Below are positions 9,839 to 20,492 of a stretch of DNA of 64,000 nucleotides, piece by piece. The notes beneath the pieces were generated by a model, which saw only the letters and a list, made by a program, of their open reading frames with translations, was not told the DNA's origin and searched no databases. Position 1 is the stretch's first letter. The number at the start of each line of letters is the position of its first letter. The stretch comes from Alphaproteobacteria bacterium (GTDB lineage Bacteria > Pseudomonadota > Alphaproteobacteria > MPNO01 > UBA830): positions 6,908-70,907 of the forward strand of contig JAYPPO010000002.1 of assembly GCA_038131485.1 (NCBI GenBank). Direction: 5' to 3'. The translations under genes and the position numbers were made by a program.

Positions 9839-10748
9839 CCTCTTTGGGGTCTCCGACCGCCTTTGCCGGCACGAGCGGGACGACCTCGGCCGTCGGCGCG
9901 CGCCGCATCAGGAGATTAAGAAGCCGACCCACCGTCTCCGCCATTTCGGCGCGCGGCACTACCATATCAACCATGCCGTGTTCCAGCAGGTATTCGGCGC
10001 GCTGGAATCCTTCAGGGAGTTTCTCGCGGATCGTTTCCTCGATGACGCGCGCCCCTGCGAAGCCGATGATCGCACCGGGCTCCGCGATGGCGACGTCGCC
10101 GAGCATGGCGAACGAAGCCGACACGCCGCCGGTGGTCGGGTCGGTCAGGATGACGATGTAGGGAAGCCCCGCTTCCTTCACCTCCTGCACCGCAACGGTG
10201 GTGCGCGGCATCTGCATTAGCGAGAGAATGCCCTCTTGCATACGCGCGCCGCCGGACGACGGGATAATGATGAAGGCCGCTTCATGAAGGACGGCGAGCC
10301 TCGCGCCGGCGAGTATGCCGTTGCCCACGGCGATCCCCATCGAGCCGCCCATGAACTTGAAGTCGAAGACAGAGATGACCGTCTTTCGGCCGCCAACCGT
10401 GCCGTGCGCAACGATGATCGCATCGTTAGACCCGGTGCTCACCCGCGATTCTTTGAGTCGGTCGGAATAACGCTTGCGATCGCGAAACTTCAGCGGATCC
10501 GCCCGCACCTCCGGTACTGTGATCTCTTTAAAACTGCCATTGTCGAATAGCATCTCCAGCCGGTCGCGCGCAGCGAGCCGCCCGTGGTAGCCACAATTGC
10601 TGCAGACGTTCCAGTTTTGCGCGAGGTCACGGTGGAACAGCATCTGCTCGCAGGACTGGCATTGCAGCCATAGATTGTCTGGCACTTCGGACTGGGCACC
10701 GACGATCGAGCGGATCTTGGGCCTGACGTAGTCGGTGATCCAATTCAT
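9804..10748 (-). CDS. accD: Acetyl-CoA carboxylase carboxyltransferase beta subunit
   Basis: N-terminal zinc ribbon CQSCEQ...CSNCGYH and carboxyltransferase core FKFMGGSMG. Confidence 0.95.
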   Translation of the reverse strand: MNWITDYVRPKIRSIVGAQSEVPDNLWLQCQSCEQMLFHRDLAQNWNVCSNCGYHGRLAARDRLEMLFDNGSFKEITVPEVRADPLKFRDRKRYSDRLKESRVSTGSNDAIIVAHGTVGGRKTVISVFDFKFMGGSMGIAVGNGILAGARLAVLHEAAFIIIPSSGGARMQEGILSLMQMPRTTVAVQEVKEAGLPYIVILTDPTTGGVSASFAMLGDVAIAEPGAIIGFAGARVIEETIREKLPEGFQRAEYLLEHGMVDMVVPRAEMAETVGRLLNLLMRRAPTAEVVPLVPAKAVGDPKEGGDGGEDPAQE

Positions 10749-11569
10749 GCGCGCGCCATCTGGACGGCGGCCGCCAGATCCGAAACATAGGACAGAGTGT
10801 CGGTCACGAGATCAGCGGAGGGCTTGCCGTCCGCGCCAATGCGGCCGGCGACCTGCTCTACGATGGCGGTACCGACGACTGCCGCGTCCGCCACCCGCGC
10901 GACCTCAGCCGCCTGGGCAGGCGTGCGAATGCCGAAGCCAACGGCGACCGGCAGGTCGGTTTGCGCCTGAATCCGCCCGACGTTTGCAGCAATATCGCTC
11001 GCTGTAGCGGAGCTTGTTCCGGTGATTCCACGCACGGCGACATAGTACACGAATCCAGCGGCGTTTTTGACGAGGGTGCCGATTCGCATGTCCGTGGACG
11101 TCGGCGCGACCAGCCGCACCATGTCGATTCCCACCACGTCGCAAGGCAGGCGCAGCTCCGCTTCTTCCTCGGGCGGCAGGTCGACGACGATCAGCGCATC
11201 GACCCCGGCCGCTGCCGCGTCCGCCGCAAAGCGTTCGGGCCCGTAAGAGTAGATCGGGTTGTAGTAGCCCATCAGCACGATCGGCGTCGCATCGTCCGAC
11301 TTGCGGAAATTCGCGACCATCGCCAGCGTCTTCGCCATCGTCTGTCCGGCCGCCAGCGCGCGGCCGGCGGCGAGCTCGATCGCGGGACCGTCGGCCATCG
11401 GGTCGGTGAACGGCATCCCGAGTTCAATCACGTCGGCGCCAGCGTCGGGCAGGCCGTTCAGGATCTCGGCCGAGATATCGTAGGTAGGGTCGCCCGCCGT
11501 AACGAAAGTCACGAGGCCGCCACGGCCTTCTGCCCTGAGCGCGGCGAAGCGCGCCGCGATGCGGCTCAC
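10745..11569 (-). CDS. trpA: Tryptophan synthase alpha chain
   Basis: [28 protein letters not shown] and GFGI motifs. 4-nt overlaps with trpB and accD. Confidence 0.95.
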   Translation of the reverse strand: MSRIAARFAALRAEGRGGLVTFVTAGDPTYDISAEILNGLPDAGADVIELGMPFTDPMADGPAIELAAGRALAAGQTMAKTLAMVANFRKSDDATPIVLMGYYNPIYSYGPERFAADAAAAGVDALIVVDLPPEEEAELRLPCDVVGIDMVRLVAPTSTDMRIGTLVKNAAGFVYYVAVRGITGTSSATASDIAANVGRIQAQTDLPVAVGFGIRTPAQAAEVARVADAAVVGTAIVEQVAGRIGADGKPSADLVTDTLSYVSDLAAAVQMARA

Positions 11570-12780
11570 AGCTCTACCCCGAGCGCGTCAGCGACGGAAA
11601 ACACGTCCTTGTCGCCGCGCCCGCACATGTTCATGAGGACAACGTGGTCTGCAGGCAGCGTGGGCGCGTGACGCAGCACGTAGGCAAGTGCATGCGCTGG
11701 CTCCAGCGCCGGAATGATGCCTTCCAGCCGACTGCACAGCTGGAACGCATCCAGCGCCTCGCGGTCGGTGGCCGAGACGTAGTCGACGCGGCCGGTGTCG
11801 TTCAGCCACGCGTGCTCCGGGCCGATGCCGGGATAGTCGAGGCCGGCCGAAATAGAATGCGCCTCCTCGATCTGGCCGTCCGCGTCCTGCAGCAGATAGG
11901 TGCGGTTGCCGTGGAGCACGCCGGGACGGCCGGCGGTGAGCGACGCTGCGTGGCGACCGGTCTCGACCCCCTCGCCCGCCGCTTCGACGCCGTAGATCTT
12001 CACGTCCTCATCGTCGAGAAAGGGGTGGAACAGGCCCATCGCGTTCGACCCGCCGCCGATGCAGGCGACGAGACTGTCGGGCAGGCGACCCTCTACTTGC
12101 ATGATCTGCTCGCGCGCCTCGATGCCGATGATCGACTGGAAGTCACGCACCATCGTTGGATAGGGATGCGGGCCGGCGACGGTACCAATGACATAGAAGG
12201 TATCGTCGACATGCGCGACCCAGTCGCGCAGCGCCGCGTTCATCGCGTCCTTGAGCGTCGCCGAGCCGGTCTTGACGGCAACGACCTCGGCGCCCAGCAG
12301 CTTCATGCGGAAGACGTTGGGCTTCTGGCGCTCGATGTCGGTCGCGCCCATGAAGACGACGCAGGGAAGCCCGAACAGCGCGCAGACGGTCGCGGTGGCG
12401 ACGCCGTGCTGGCCAGCGCCGGTCTCGGCGATGATCCGCGTCTTGCCCATGCGGCGCGCCAGCAGCACCTGGCCCAGCGTGTTGTTGATCTTGTGCGCGC
12501 CGGTGTGGTTGAGCTCGTCGCGCTTGAAATAGATCTTCGCGCCGCCGCAATGCTCGGTGATGCGCGAGGCGAAATAGAGCGGGCTCGGCCGGCCGACATA
12601 GTTCGCGAGCAGATCGTCGAACTCGCGCCGGAACGCGGGATCGGCCTGTGCGGCTTCATAGGCGTTTTCGACCTCTTGCAGCAGCGGCATCAGCGTCTCG
12701 GCGACGTAGCGTCCGCCGTAGATGCCGAAATGACCCTCTTCATCCGGGCCGGCGCGATATGAGTTTGGTTTTGCTGTCAT
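11566..12780 (-). CDS. trpB: Tryptophan synthase beta chain
   Basis: [32 protein letters not shown] (PLP lysine) and [11 protein letters not shown] at 12780 (MTAKPNS); the track ORF extension to 12987 overlaps trpF and is not coding. Confidence 0.95.
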   Translation of the reverse strand: MTAKPNSYRAGPDEEGHFGIYGGRYVAETLMPLLQEVENAYEAAQADPAFRREFDDLLANYVGRPSPLYFASRITEHCGGAKIYFKRDELNHTGAHKINNTLGQVLLARRMGKTRIIAETGAGQHGVATATVCALFGLPCVVFMGATDIERQKPNVFRMKLLGAEVVAVKTGSATLKDAMNAALRDWVAHVDDTFYVIGTVAGPHPYPTMVRDFQSIIGIEAREQIMQVEGRLPDSLVACIGGGSNAMGLFHPFLDDEDVKIYGVEAAGEGVETGRHAASLTAGRPGVLHGNRTYLLQDADGQIEEAHSISAGLDYPGIGPEHAWLNDTGRVDYVSATDREALDAFQLCSRLEGIIPALEPAHALAYVLRHAPTLPADHVVLMNMCGRGDKDVFSVADALGVEL

Positions 12781-13463
12781 TACAAGCGGATATTTAGCGC
12801 GTTCTCCGCCGCAGCGGAACCGCCCTGCGCGGCTTCCAGGAAAGCACGGATCAAAGCTGGGTCCTTCCTCCCGGGCGCGGACTCGACGCCGGACGATACG
12901 TCGACCGCCTGCGCGCCCGATATTCGGATCGCGTCGGCGACATTGGAGGGATCGAGGCCGCCCGAAAGCATCCACGGCAGTGGCCATCCGCGACCTTGCA
13001 GGATTGTCCAGTCGAACGAGACGGCGTTGCCGCCCGGCAGCGCACCCTTCATGTCGGCGGGCGTCTTGGCGTCGAACAGCAGCATGTCGGCCGCCTCCAG
13101 ATACGCATCGGTCGCACCGAGATCTTCGGTTGCTGACACCTTGATCGCCTTCATGGTGCGCGTCGCTGTCCGTATGCCTATCTCGCGGACGCGCGCCGGC
13201 GTCTCCGAGCCGTGAAGCTGGAACATGTCGATGGCTGAGGCGGCGAGAATACCGTCGATCAGCGCATCGTCCGCATCAACCGTAAGCGCGACCGCCTCGA
13301 CGCCGTCAGGCAAACGGGCTGCGAGCGCGCCGGCCTCGTCAGGCGTTACGTTTCGTGGAGAGCGCGGAAAGAAGACGAACCCCACATAGCGCGCGCCGCC
13401 CGCGACGGCGGCGTCCAGCGCATCGGCACTGCTGATGCCGCAGATCTTGACGTCGCAGCTCAT
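12780..13463 (-). CDS. trpF: Phosphoribosylanthranilate isomerase
   Basis: [35 protein letters not shown]. Its stop TAA shares one nt with the trpB ATG (TAATG). Confidence 0.9.
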   Translation of the reverse strand: MSCDVKICGISSADALDAAVAGGARYVGFVFFPRSPRNVTPDEAGALAARLPDGVEAVALTVDADDALIDGILAASAIDMFQLHGSETPARVREIGIRTATRTMKAIKVSATEDLGATDAYLEAADMLLFDAKTPADMKGALPGGNAVSFDWTILQGRGWPLPWMLSGGLDPSNVADAIRISGAQAVDVSSGVESAPGRKDPALIRAFLEAAQGGSAAAENALNIRL

Positions 13464-13473
13464 CCGGATGCAC

Positions 13474-14206
13474 TCACGCCAGCGCGCCTGCGATCTCGTC
13501 GGCGATCCGCCGCGCCGCGCCGACGGGATCTTCGGCGCGGGTGATCGGCCGGCCGATGACGAGATGATCGGCGCCGGCGGCGACCGCCTCGCCCGGGGTC
13601 ATGACGCGCTTCTGGTCGTCGGCGCCAGCCCAGTTAGGCCGGACGCCAGGCACGACAAGGGCGAAGCTTTCGCCGATCTCGGCGCGCAGCATGGCGACCT
13701 CCTGCGGCGAACAGACGACGCCGTCGAGGCCGGACGCCTCGGCCAATCTTGCCAGCCGCAGCACCTGGTCGGCGGCGGGCCCGCGCTGGCCGACGGCGTC
13801 GAGATCGGAATCGTCGAGGCTGGTCAGCACGGTGACGGCGACGATCCATGGGCCGTTTCGGCCCGCTCCCGGCGGCCGCCTCGGCCGCAGCATGCAGCAT
13901 GGCCGGACCGCCAGAGGCATGCACCGTCATCATCGCGCAGTTAAGAGGCAGCGCCGCGCGGATGCCGCCCGCGACGGTGTTGGGAATGTCATGGAACTTC
14001 AGGTCGAGAAAGATGCGGTGCCCGAAATCGGCGACGTGCTTGACGCCCTGCGGACCATGCGCTGTGAAGAATTCCTTGCCGAGCTTGATCGCGCCGACCT
14101 CGCCCGAGAGCATCTCGGCGAGCAGCAGCGCCTCGTCGAGCTTGGTGGTGTCGACGGCGCAGAAAATGCGTTCGATGGGGTCCGGCCCGGTCATCCTGTC
14201 AGTCAT
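13474..14206 (-). pseudogene. pyrF: Orotidine-5'-phosphate decarboxylase, split by a 1-nt frame change (real pseudogene or indel error)
   Basis: N-terminal half in ORF 13634-14206 (IFCAVDT..., FLDLKFHDIPNTV, MMTVHASGG). C-terminal half in ORF 13474-13920 (WIVAVTVLTSLDD..., VCSPQE, PGVRP, LVIGRPIT). Deleting one G from GGG at 13850-13852 restores ...GSGPKRPWIVAVTVLTS... Confidence 0.85.
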
Positions 14207-14312
14207 GCCGGCTTAATAGATCATTTTGCGCATCGTTCCCATACGCGTTCCGCGCCGGGGGCTCTTCGAGTGCGATTCCATGGGCCGCGTGCGGGCCGGG
14301 CGACCCGGGGCG

Positions 14313-14672
14313 TCAGTCGCGCCCCTGGGCCGGCAACGCGATGCGGTCGCCGGCGGCCGGGATACGGGTCGTCGACGGCGTCGTCGCCCGGGGATTGTCG
14401 GCGTACGCCTCCGCCTCGTGCTCGAGCCGCTCCACGCGACGTTCGGCGCGACGCGCGCGGCGACGCCAGCCAGCACCTGACAGCCAACCGATCGACATCC
14501 CGAACAGGATGCCGACGGTGAGCGGGATCAGCACCCACAGCGAAGCCCACATGGTCCAGATGCCGTCGAGCGGCCACATCTCGAGCGAGAGCGGCGTGCG
14601 GTTCTCGACCGCGAATCCGCCAATCATTACTGCGAGCGGAACGAAAATGACGATGCCGATGACGGTTTTCAT
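14313..14672 (-). CDS. lapA: LapA-family (DUF1049) inner-membrane protein
   Basis: Two TM segments followed by a basic coiled tail. Conserved position immediately downstream of ihfB. Confidence 0.65.
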   Translation of the reverse strand: MKTVIGIVIFVPLAVMIGGFAVENRTPLSLEMWPLDGIWTMWASLWVLIPLTVGILFGMSIGWLSGAGWRRRARRAERRVERLEHEAEAYADNPRATTPSTTRIPAAGDRIALPAQGRD

Positions 14673-14736
14673 GTGTCTTTCGCCGGCGCTGGAACGACGG
14701 GCCGTTCGGGCCCGGCTGACGGCGCGCGCGTCACGG

Positions 14737-15021
14737 CTATTTTCGACCGTTCAGCCTGTCGCGCAGATCCTTGCCGGATTTGAAGAAGGGCACGTACTTC
14801 TTAGAGACCTTGACGGATTCGCCGGTGCGCGGGTTGCGCCCGACGCGTGCGTCGCGGCTCTTGACCGAAAACGCGCCGAAGCCGCGCAGTTCGACTCTGT
14901 CGCCGCGTGCGAGGGCGCCCGAAATCTCATCGAAAATGGTAGAGACGATGCGCTCGACGTCTCGCTGGTAGAGATGCGGATTTTTTTCCGCCAGTCTCAG
15001 GATCAGTTCCGACTTCGTCAT
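14737..15021 (-). CDS. ihfB: Integration host factor beta subunit
   Basis: MTKSELI..., [29 protein letters not shown] is the HU/IHF fold signature. 94 aa. Confidence 0.95.
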   Translation of the reverse strand: MTKSELILRLAEKNPHLYQRDVERIVSTIFDEISGALARGDRVELRGFGAFSVKSRDARVGRNPRTGESVKVSKKYVPFFKSGKDLRDRLNGRK

Positions 15022-15196
15022 CTACCCGTATCCTCCTGCCCGCCCGGATCTCGTTTTGCCGCCGATCCGCTCAACCTTGTCTCGCGAGTGCGGCCCGCAG
15101 GGCCAGCATGTTCCCGTCGGCCCTCTGTCGGACGTGCATCCGAACGATGATTTTCGAGTATTGCGGTAGTTGCACGGCGGAACCGCCCCTTAACAT

Positions 15197-16108
15197 TTAT
15201 GGGCGGAAAGGTTGCCAGACAGATACCATTCCGTCAAGGGTAAGTCGTTCAGACAAAATCGTTTTTCGCGCTAACCCGACGACGCGATCGAGCAAATCGC
15301 CAACCCTTCCATGAAGGTCGATCTCGTGCACGGGCAGGCCTTCGGGCAGCGTGCGTTCGCGCTCGAGCCAGGCGACCGCTTCGCGCTGCCCGCCGATCGC
15401 ATCGATCAGGCCGATCTCGCGGGCGCGTTTGCCGGTAAAGACGCGGCCGTCGGAAAAAGCCGCCTCGGCGGCAGCGTCGAGCTGACGGCGGACCAGCACT
15501 ATGTTGCGGAACGAGGCGTACGTCTCGTCGATGATCGCCTGCATGGCCACAACCGCCGCGGGCGTCACGGGCTCCATCGGGTTGGGCGAGGCCTTTAGTT
15601 CACCGCTCTTGAAGGCTCGCGGCGTTATTCCGAGGATGTCGAGCAAGCGCGTGATTTCCGCCGTCTGCATGACGACGCCGATCGACCCGGTCAGGGTCGT
15701 CTCGTGCGCGTAGATGCGGTCGGCCGCAATGGCGACCATGTAGGCCGCCGATGTGGCCAGCCCGTCCATCAGCGCGACGACGGGCTTTTTCTCGCCGAGT
15801 TCGATAACGGCGCGGTAGAGGGACTCCCCACCCGCAACCGTGCCGCCCGGACTGTTGATTCGGAACAGCACGGCACGGACGGAGCTGTCGCGGCCCAGGG
15901 CCTCTATCGTCTCTATCCACCGATCGTCGCGGACGATGACGCCGTCGATATCCACTCGGACGATGCGGTCGCCGGACAGGGCGCCGCCAAACCGCCCCCA
16001 GGCGGCAACGATAGCCCCAATGACCGCCACAATGGCCAAGAACCGCCAAAGGCTCAGCCGGCGCTTCAGGCGGCGGCGATCTATCAGATAGTCTGGATTA
16101 TTGACCAT
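15197..16108 (-). CDS. sppA: Signal peptide peptidase SppA, 36K type
   Basis: N-terminal TM, INSPGGTVAGGE, MDGLATSAAYMVA (catalytic Ser region), PFKS-type motifs (AFKSGELKASPNP). Confidence 0.85.
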   Translation of the reverse strand: MVNNPDYLIDRRRLKRRLSLWRFLAIVAVIGAIVAAWGRFGGALSGDRIVRVDIDGVIVRDDRWIETIEALGRDSSVRAVLFRINSPGGTVAGGESLYRAVIELGEKKPVVALMDGLATSAAYMVAIAADRIYAHETTLTGSIGVVMQTAEITRLLDILGITPRAFKSGELKASPNPMEPVTPAAVVAMQAIIDETYASFRNIVLVRRQLDAAAEAAFSDGRVFTGKRAREIGLIDAIGGQREAVAWLERERTLPEGLPVHEIDLHGRVGDLLDRVVGLARKTILSERLTLDGMVSVWQPFRP

Positions 16109-16147
16109 CCCTTACGACGCCCTGGCCGTTCAGGAACCCGAACGGTA

Positions 16148-17926
16148 TCAGGACTTCTCCTGTTGCTCTTCGCCCACCTCTTCCGCGGCAGGCGCTTCGG
16201 CGGTCTCGGCTGCCGCCTCGCCGCTGTCCGCCTCGTCGCGGGCACGGTTGAGCGCGGCACCAAGTATGTCGCCGAGGCTCGCGCCGGAATCGGAGGAGCC
16301 GTAATCGGCCATCGCCTGCTTCTCCTCTTCCATCTCGTGCGCCTTGACAGACAGGCTGAGCTTGCGGTCCTTACGATCGATGTTGGTGACGCGCGCATCG
16401 ATGCGGTCGCCCACCGCGAAGCGATCAGGCCTTTGCTCGGAACGCTCGCGCGACAAGTCGGCGCGACGGATAAAGCCCGGCAGCGAGCCGGACACCGTTA
16501 CCTCGATCCCGCCGTCCGTCACCGCGGAAACCGTGCAGGTCACGGTGTCGCCCTTCTTGATGCCTTCCATGGCGGAGGCGTAGGGATCGTCCGAAAGCTG
16601 CTTGATACCGAGGCTGACGCGCTCCTTCTCGACGTCGACGTCGAGAATTCGGGCCTTCACCATGTCGCCCTTGTTATACGACTTGACGGCCTCCTCGCCG
16701 TCCATCTCCCACGACAGGTCGGACAGGTGGACCATGCCGTCGATGTCACCGGGCAAGCCGACAAACAGACCGAATTCGGTTATGTTCTTGACCTCGCCCT
16801 CGATTTCTCCGCCGGCCGGATGGTTGGTCGAGAACGACTCCCACGGGTTGTCGTAGCACTGCTTGAGGCCGAGGCTGATGCGCCGTTTCTGTGGGTCCAC
16901 CTCGAGCACCATGACGTCGACTTCCTGGCTGGTTGAGACGATCTTGCCGGGATGGACGTTCTTCTTGGTCCAGCTCATCTCGGAGACGTGGACCAGGCCC
17001 TCGACACCGGGCTCCAGCTCGACGAACGCGCCGTAGTCGGTGATGTTCGAGACGCGGCCGGTGAACTTCGTGCCGACCGGATACTTGAGCTCAACGCCCT
17101 CCCAAGGATCCGCATCGAGCTGCTTCATGCCGAGCGAGATGCGCTGCGTTTCCGAGTTGTAGCGGATGACCTGGACCTTGACTGTCTGGCCGATCGACAG
17201 CGCCTCGGTCGGATGGTTGATGCGGCGCCACGCGATGTCGGTGACGTGCAGCAGGCCGTCGACGCCGCCGAGATCGACGAACGCACCGTAGTCGGTGATG
17301 TTCTTGACCACGCCTTCGAGGATCTGGCCTTCCTTGAGGGACGCCAGAAGTTCGTTGCGCTGTTCGGCGCGGGATTCTTCGAGAACAGCACGGCGGGAAA
17401 CGACAATGTTGCCGCGGCGTCGATCCATCTTGAGGATCTGGAACGGCTGCGGCGTGCCCATCAGCGGGCCGACGTCGCGGATCGGGCGGACGTCGACCTG
17501 GCTGCCCGGCAGGAACGCAACGGCGCCCGACAGGTCGACCGTGAAGCCGCCCTTGACGCGGCCGAAGATCGTGCCGGTGACGCGCTCGGTCTTCTCGAAC
17601 GCGATTTCGAGCTGCGTCCACGCCTCTTCGCGGCGGGCGCGCTCGCGGCTGAGAACGGCCTCGCCGTTCCGGTTTTCCATCCGCTCGAGATAGACGTCGA
17701 CTACATCGCCCGGCACGATTTCGGGCGGCTGGCCGGGTACGCCGAATTCCTTCAGCGGCACGCGGCCCTCGGACTTGAGGCCGACGTCGATGAGAACGTT
17801 GTCGCCGTCGATCGACAGCACGGTTCCTTTGATGACGGAACCTTCGGAAAGCTCGCCGTCTCCGAAGCTCTCCTCGAGCAGCGCGGCGAAATCTTCGGTC
17901 ATTGCGGATTGGGTTTCTGTTGCCAT
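16148..17926 (-). CDS. rpsA: 30S ribosomal protein S1
   Basis: Six S1 repeats (e.g. GVVKNITDYGAFVDLGGVDGLLHVTDI and GRVSNITDYGAFVELEPGVEGLVHVSEM). 592 aa. Confidence 0.95.
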   Translation of the reverse strand: MATETQSAMTEDFAALLEESFGDGELSEGSVIKGTVLSIDGDNVLIDVGLKSEGRVPLKEFGVPGQPPEIVPGDVVDVYLERMENRNGEAVLSRERARREEAWTQLEIAFEKTERVTGTIFGRVKGGFTVDLSGAVAFLPGSQVDVRPIRDVGPLMGTPQPFQILKMDRRRGNIVVSRRAVLEESRAEQRNELLASLKEGQILEGVVKNITDYGAFVDLGGVDGLLHVTDIAWRRINHPTEALSIGQTVKVQVIRYNSETQRISLGMKQLDADPWEGVELKYPVGTKFTGRVSNITDYGAFVELEPGVEGLVHVSEMSWTKKNVHPGKIVSTSQEVDVMVLEVDPQKRRISLGLKQCYDNPWESFSTNHPAGGEIEGEVKNITEFGLFVGLPGDIDGMVHLSDLSWEMDGEEAVKSYNKGDMVKARILDVDVEKERVSLGIKQLSDDPYASAMEGIKKGDTVTCTVSAVTDGGIEVTVSGSLPGFIRRADLSRERSEQRPDRFAVGDRIDARVTNIDRKDRKLSLSVKAHEMEEEKQAMADYGSSDSGASLGDILGAALNRARDEADSGEAAAETAEAPAAEEVGEEQQEKS

Positions 17927-18320
17927 GGGTTTTCCTGATTGATCCTTTCCGGAACTAAAAACGCGGCGCGCGGACGCACGCCGAAGCTACGGTCCACGGG
18001 ACATCGTTGGAAGTTCCACTTTTCCTGCAGCGGGATCGGTCACGTGCCCGGCGGGGGCGGCCTCCGCGTTTGAATTTGCCGCGTTTCTCTTGGCGGAAAC
18101 GCGACAGACGCGTTGTCACCGGTGCCCGGGATGCAGCGCCTGAAACTTCTCCCTTGGCGCCGCGTGCCGTCCTGACCTGCAGAACGCGCGGTTTATACGC
18201 AAAACGCCCCGGTTTCGCAACCGGTTTGGCGTCGCTGAATCGAGCGGCTCCGCCGCCCATCGCCAGTATTCTCGTGGGTAGCCAGGCGGCGGAGCGGGCT
18301 GGCCGCAAGCGGGCCTTGAA

Positions 18321-19651
18321 TCAAACCGTAAAGGCCAGCCCGAGGCCGGTCATCAGCTCAGAAAAGCCGGGAAAACTGGTGCCGATGGCCGCCGCATCGT
18401 CGATCCGGACCGGTTTTTCGGCCGCCGCGCCCATCACCAGGAAGGCCATCGCGATCCGGTGGTCGAGATGGACGGCGATCTCGGCGCCGCCGGGCGGCGG
18501 TCCGCCGCAGCCCTCGATGACGATGTCGTCGCCGTCGGCGCGCACGCCGACGCCGCAGGCAGACAGCCCGTCGACGATGGCCGCGAAGCGGTCGCTTTCC
18601 TTGACACGGAGCTCGCCGAGTCCGCGCATCCGGGTTTCGCCGGACGCGAACGACGCCGCGACCGCCAGGATCGGGTATTCGTCGATCATCGACGGCGCCC
18701 GCTCGGCCGGCACGTCGGTTCCCTTGAGGGGGCCATGGCGGAAGACCAGATCGGCGACCGGCTCGCCGCCGGATTCGCGCTCGTTCCCGATGCGGAGGTC
18801 CGCCCCCATTTCGCGGAGCGTCTCGAACAGCCCGGCGCGCAGCGGATTCATGCCGACATTCTCGACGGTCAGCTCGGATCCGGGCACCAGCAGGGCGGCG
18901 ACGCCGGGAAACGCCGCGGATGAAGGATCGCCCGGCACGACTACGTCCGTCGCCTCGAGCTCGGCATGGCCGGTAACAGATATCGCAACACCGCCGCTGC
19001 TGACGTCCGATATCTCTATAGCCGCGCCGAAGGCCTTCAGCATGTTCTCGGTGTGATCCCGGGTCGCGTTGCGCTCAATCACCGTCGTCCTTCCGGGCGT
19101 ATTGAGCGCAGCCAGCAGGATCGACGATTTGACCTGCGCCGAGGCCACCGGCACCTCGTAGTCGATCGGTATCGGCTCCGTCGTGCCGCGCAGCAGGATC
19201 GGCATCCTGCCGCCGCCCTTTTCGTCGGTCCGCGCCTCGAAGTCGGCGCCCATCTTCGATAACGGCATGATGACACGGTCCATCGGGCGCGACCTTAGCG
19301 ACTCGTCGCCAGTGACGTGCGCAGTAACGTTCTGCGTCGCCATCAGTCCCATCAGAAGTCGCGCGCCGGTGCCGGAATTCCCGAAATCGAGCACGTCGTC
19401 CGGCGAGGCGAACCCGCCGACGCCGACGCCGTCGACCAGCCACGCGCCGCCTTCCTTGCGAACGCCGGCGCCGAGCGCGTTGAGCGCGGCGGCGGTGCGC
19501 AGCACGTCGTCGGCCTCGAGCAGCCCCCAATACGGGTGCGGCCCACGGCGCTCACACCCACCATCAGCGCGCGATGCGAAATCGACTTGTCGCCCGGCAC
19601 GCGGATCGTGCCCTTGACGGCGGAGGCGCGCTTGGAGATGAGAGAGGTCAC
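18321..19651 (-). pseudogene. aroA: 3-phosphoshikimate 1-carboxyvinyltransferase (class II EPSP synthase), frame broken near the N-terminus (real or indel error)
   Basis: Residues 40-end in ORF 18321-19505 ([48 protein letters not shown]). N-terminal [28 protein letters not shown] lies in another frame (19530-19651). One extra C in the C5 run 19524-19528 restores [17 protein letters not shown]. The GTG start at 19651 is tentative. Confidence 0.85.
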
Positions 19652-19797
19652 GGACGGTTCCCGTTCAGGCGAGAAATTCACGGTTCTGTAGCACAAAGCC
19701 GGTGCGGCGGAATAGCGCGGCGATTTAGCTTTTGACAGACCCGGCCGAACATGGCAAACGCACCCGTCCGAAACACTAAAAAGTATGGAGGCTTGCC

Positions 19798-20172
19798 TTG
19801 GCGAAGCCGGAATGGGGCCTGAAACGGACCTGCCTGAGCTGCAGCACGCGGTTTTACGACATGCAGAAAGAGCCGATCGTCTGCCCGAACTGCGGGACGG
19901 AGTTCGATCCGCTTGCGCTCGTTCGCCCGCGGCGCTCCCGCGCCGCGGCCGCAGCGAGCCAGTCCAATAGAGCGGAACCGACGCCCATGAAGACAGAGGA
20001 TAAAGAGTCGGAAGATATTGAGCGCGATGACGATGATCTCGACGACGATATCGATCTAAACGACGGCGACGACGACCTGCTGGAAGATACCGACGGCATG
20101 GACGACGAGGATGACACGGGAGTGTCCGGCGTTGGCAGCGATGCCAGGATCGAGGGCGAGGAAGACCGCTGA
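19798..20172 (+). CDS. TIGR02300-type (FYDLN_acid) zinc-ribbon protein with acidic tail
   Basis: TTG start 6 nt after GGAGG. KRTCLSCSTRFYDMQKEPIVCPNCGTEF followed by a D/E-rich tail. Divergent from aroA as in many Rhizobiales. Confidence 0.7.
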   Translation: MAKPEWGLKRTCLSCSTRFYDMQKEPIVCPNCGTEFDPLALVRPRRSRAAAAASQSNRAEPTPMKTEDKESEDIERDDDDLDDDIDLNDGDDDLLEDTDGMDDEDDTGVSGVGSDARIEGEEDR

Positions 20173-20312
20173 CGGGCGTCACACGGCACCGGGGTCGCCG
20201 GGATTTTTTCCTTGCGGTGGCGAACGCATAACCAATAAAGTGCGCGCCGTTCTGGGGGCGGTCCGCTCCGGGATGGGAAGTGCCTAAACATGAATAATAC
20301 CGAACCAGTTTC

Positions 20313-20388
<76 letters not shown>

Positions 20389-20395
20389 TAATGAA

Positions 20396-20425
20396 GGGCC
20401 CGGTAGATTGCCGGGCCCTTTTCTT
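20396..20425 (+). terminator. Rho-independent terminator after tRNA-Ala
   Basis: GGGCCCGG-tagattg-CCGGGCCC followed by TTTTCTT. Confidence 0.8.
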
Positions 20426-20492
20426 ATGAGCGCCGAGCAGTTAGCGCGTGCTACAAATAGGGACAAACTAAAGCAAGGGAGCTCCTAACCCC

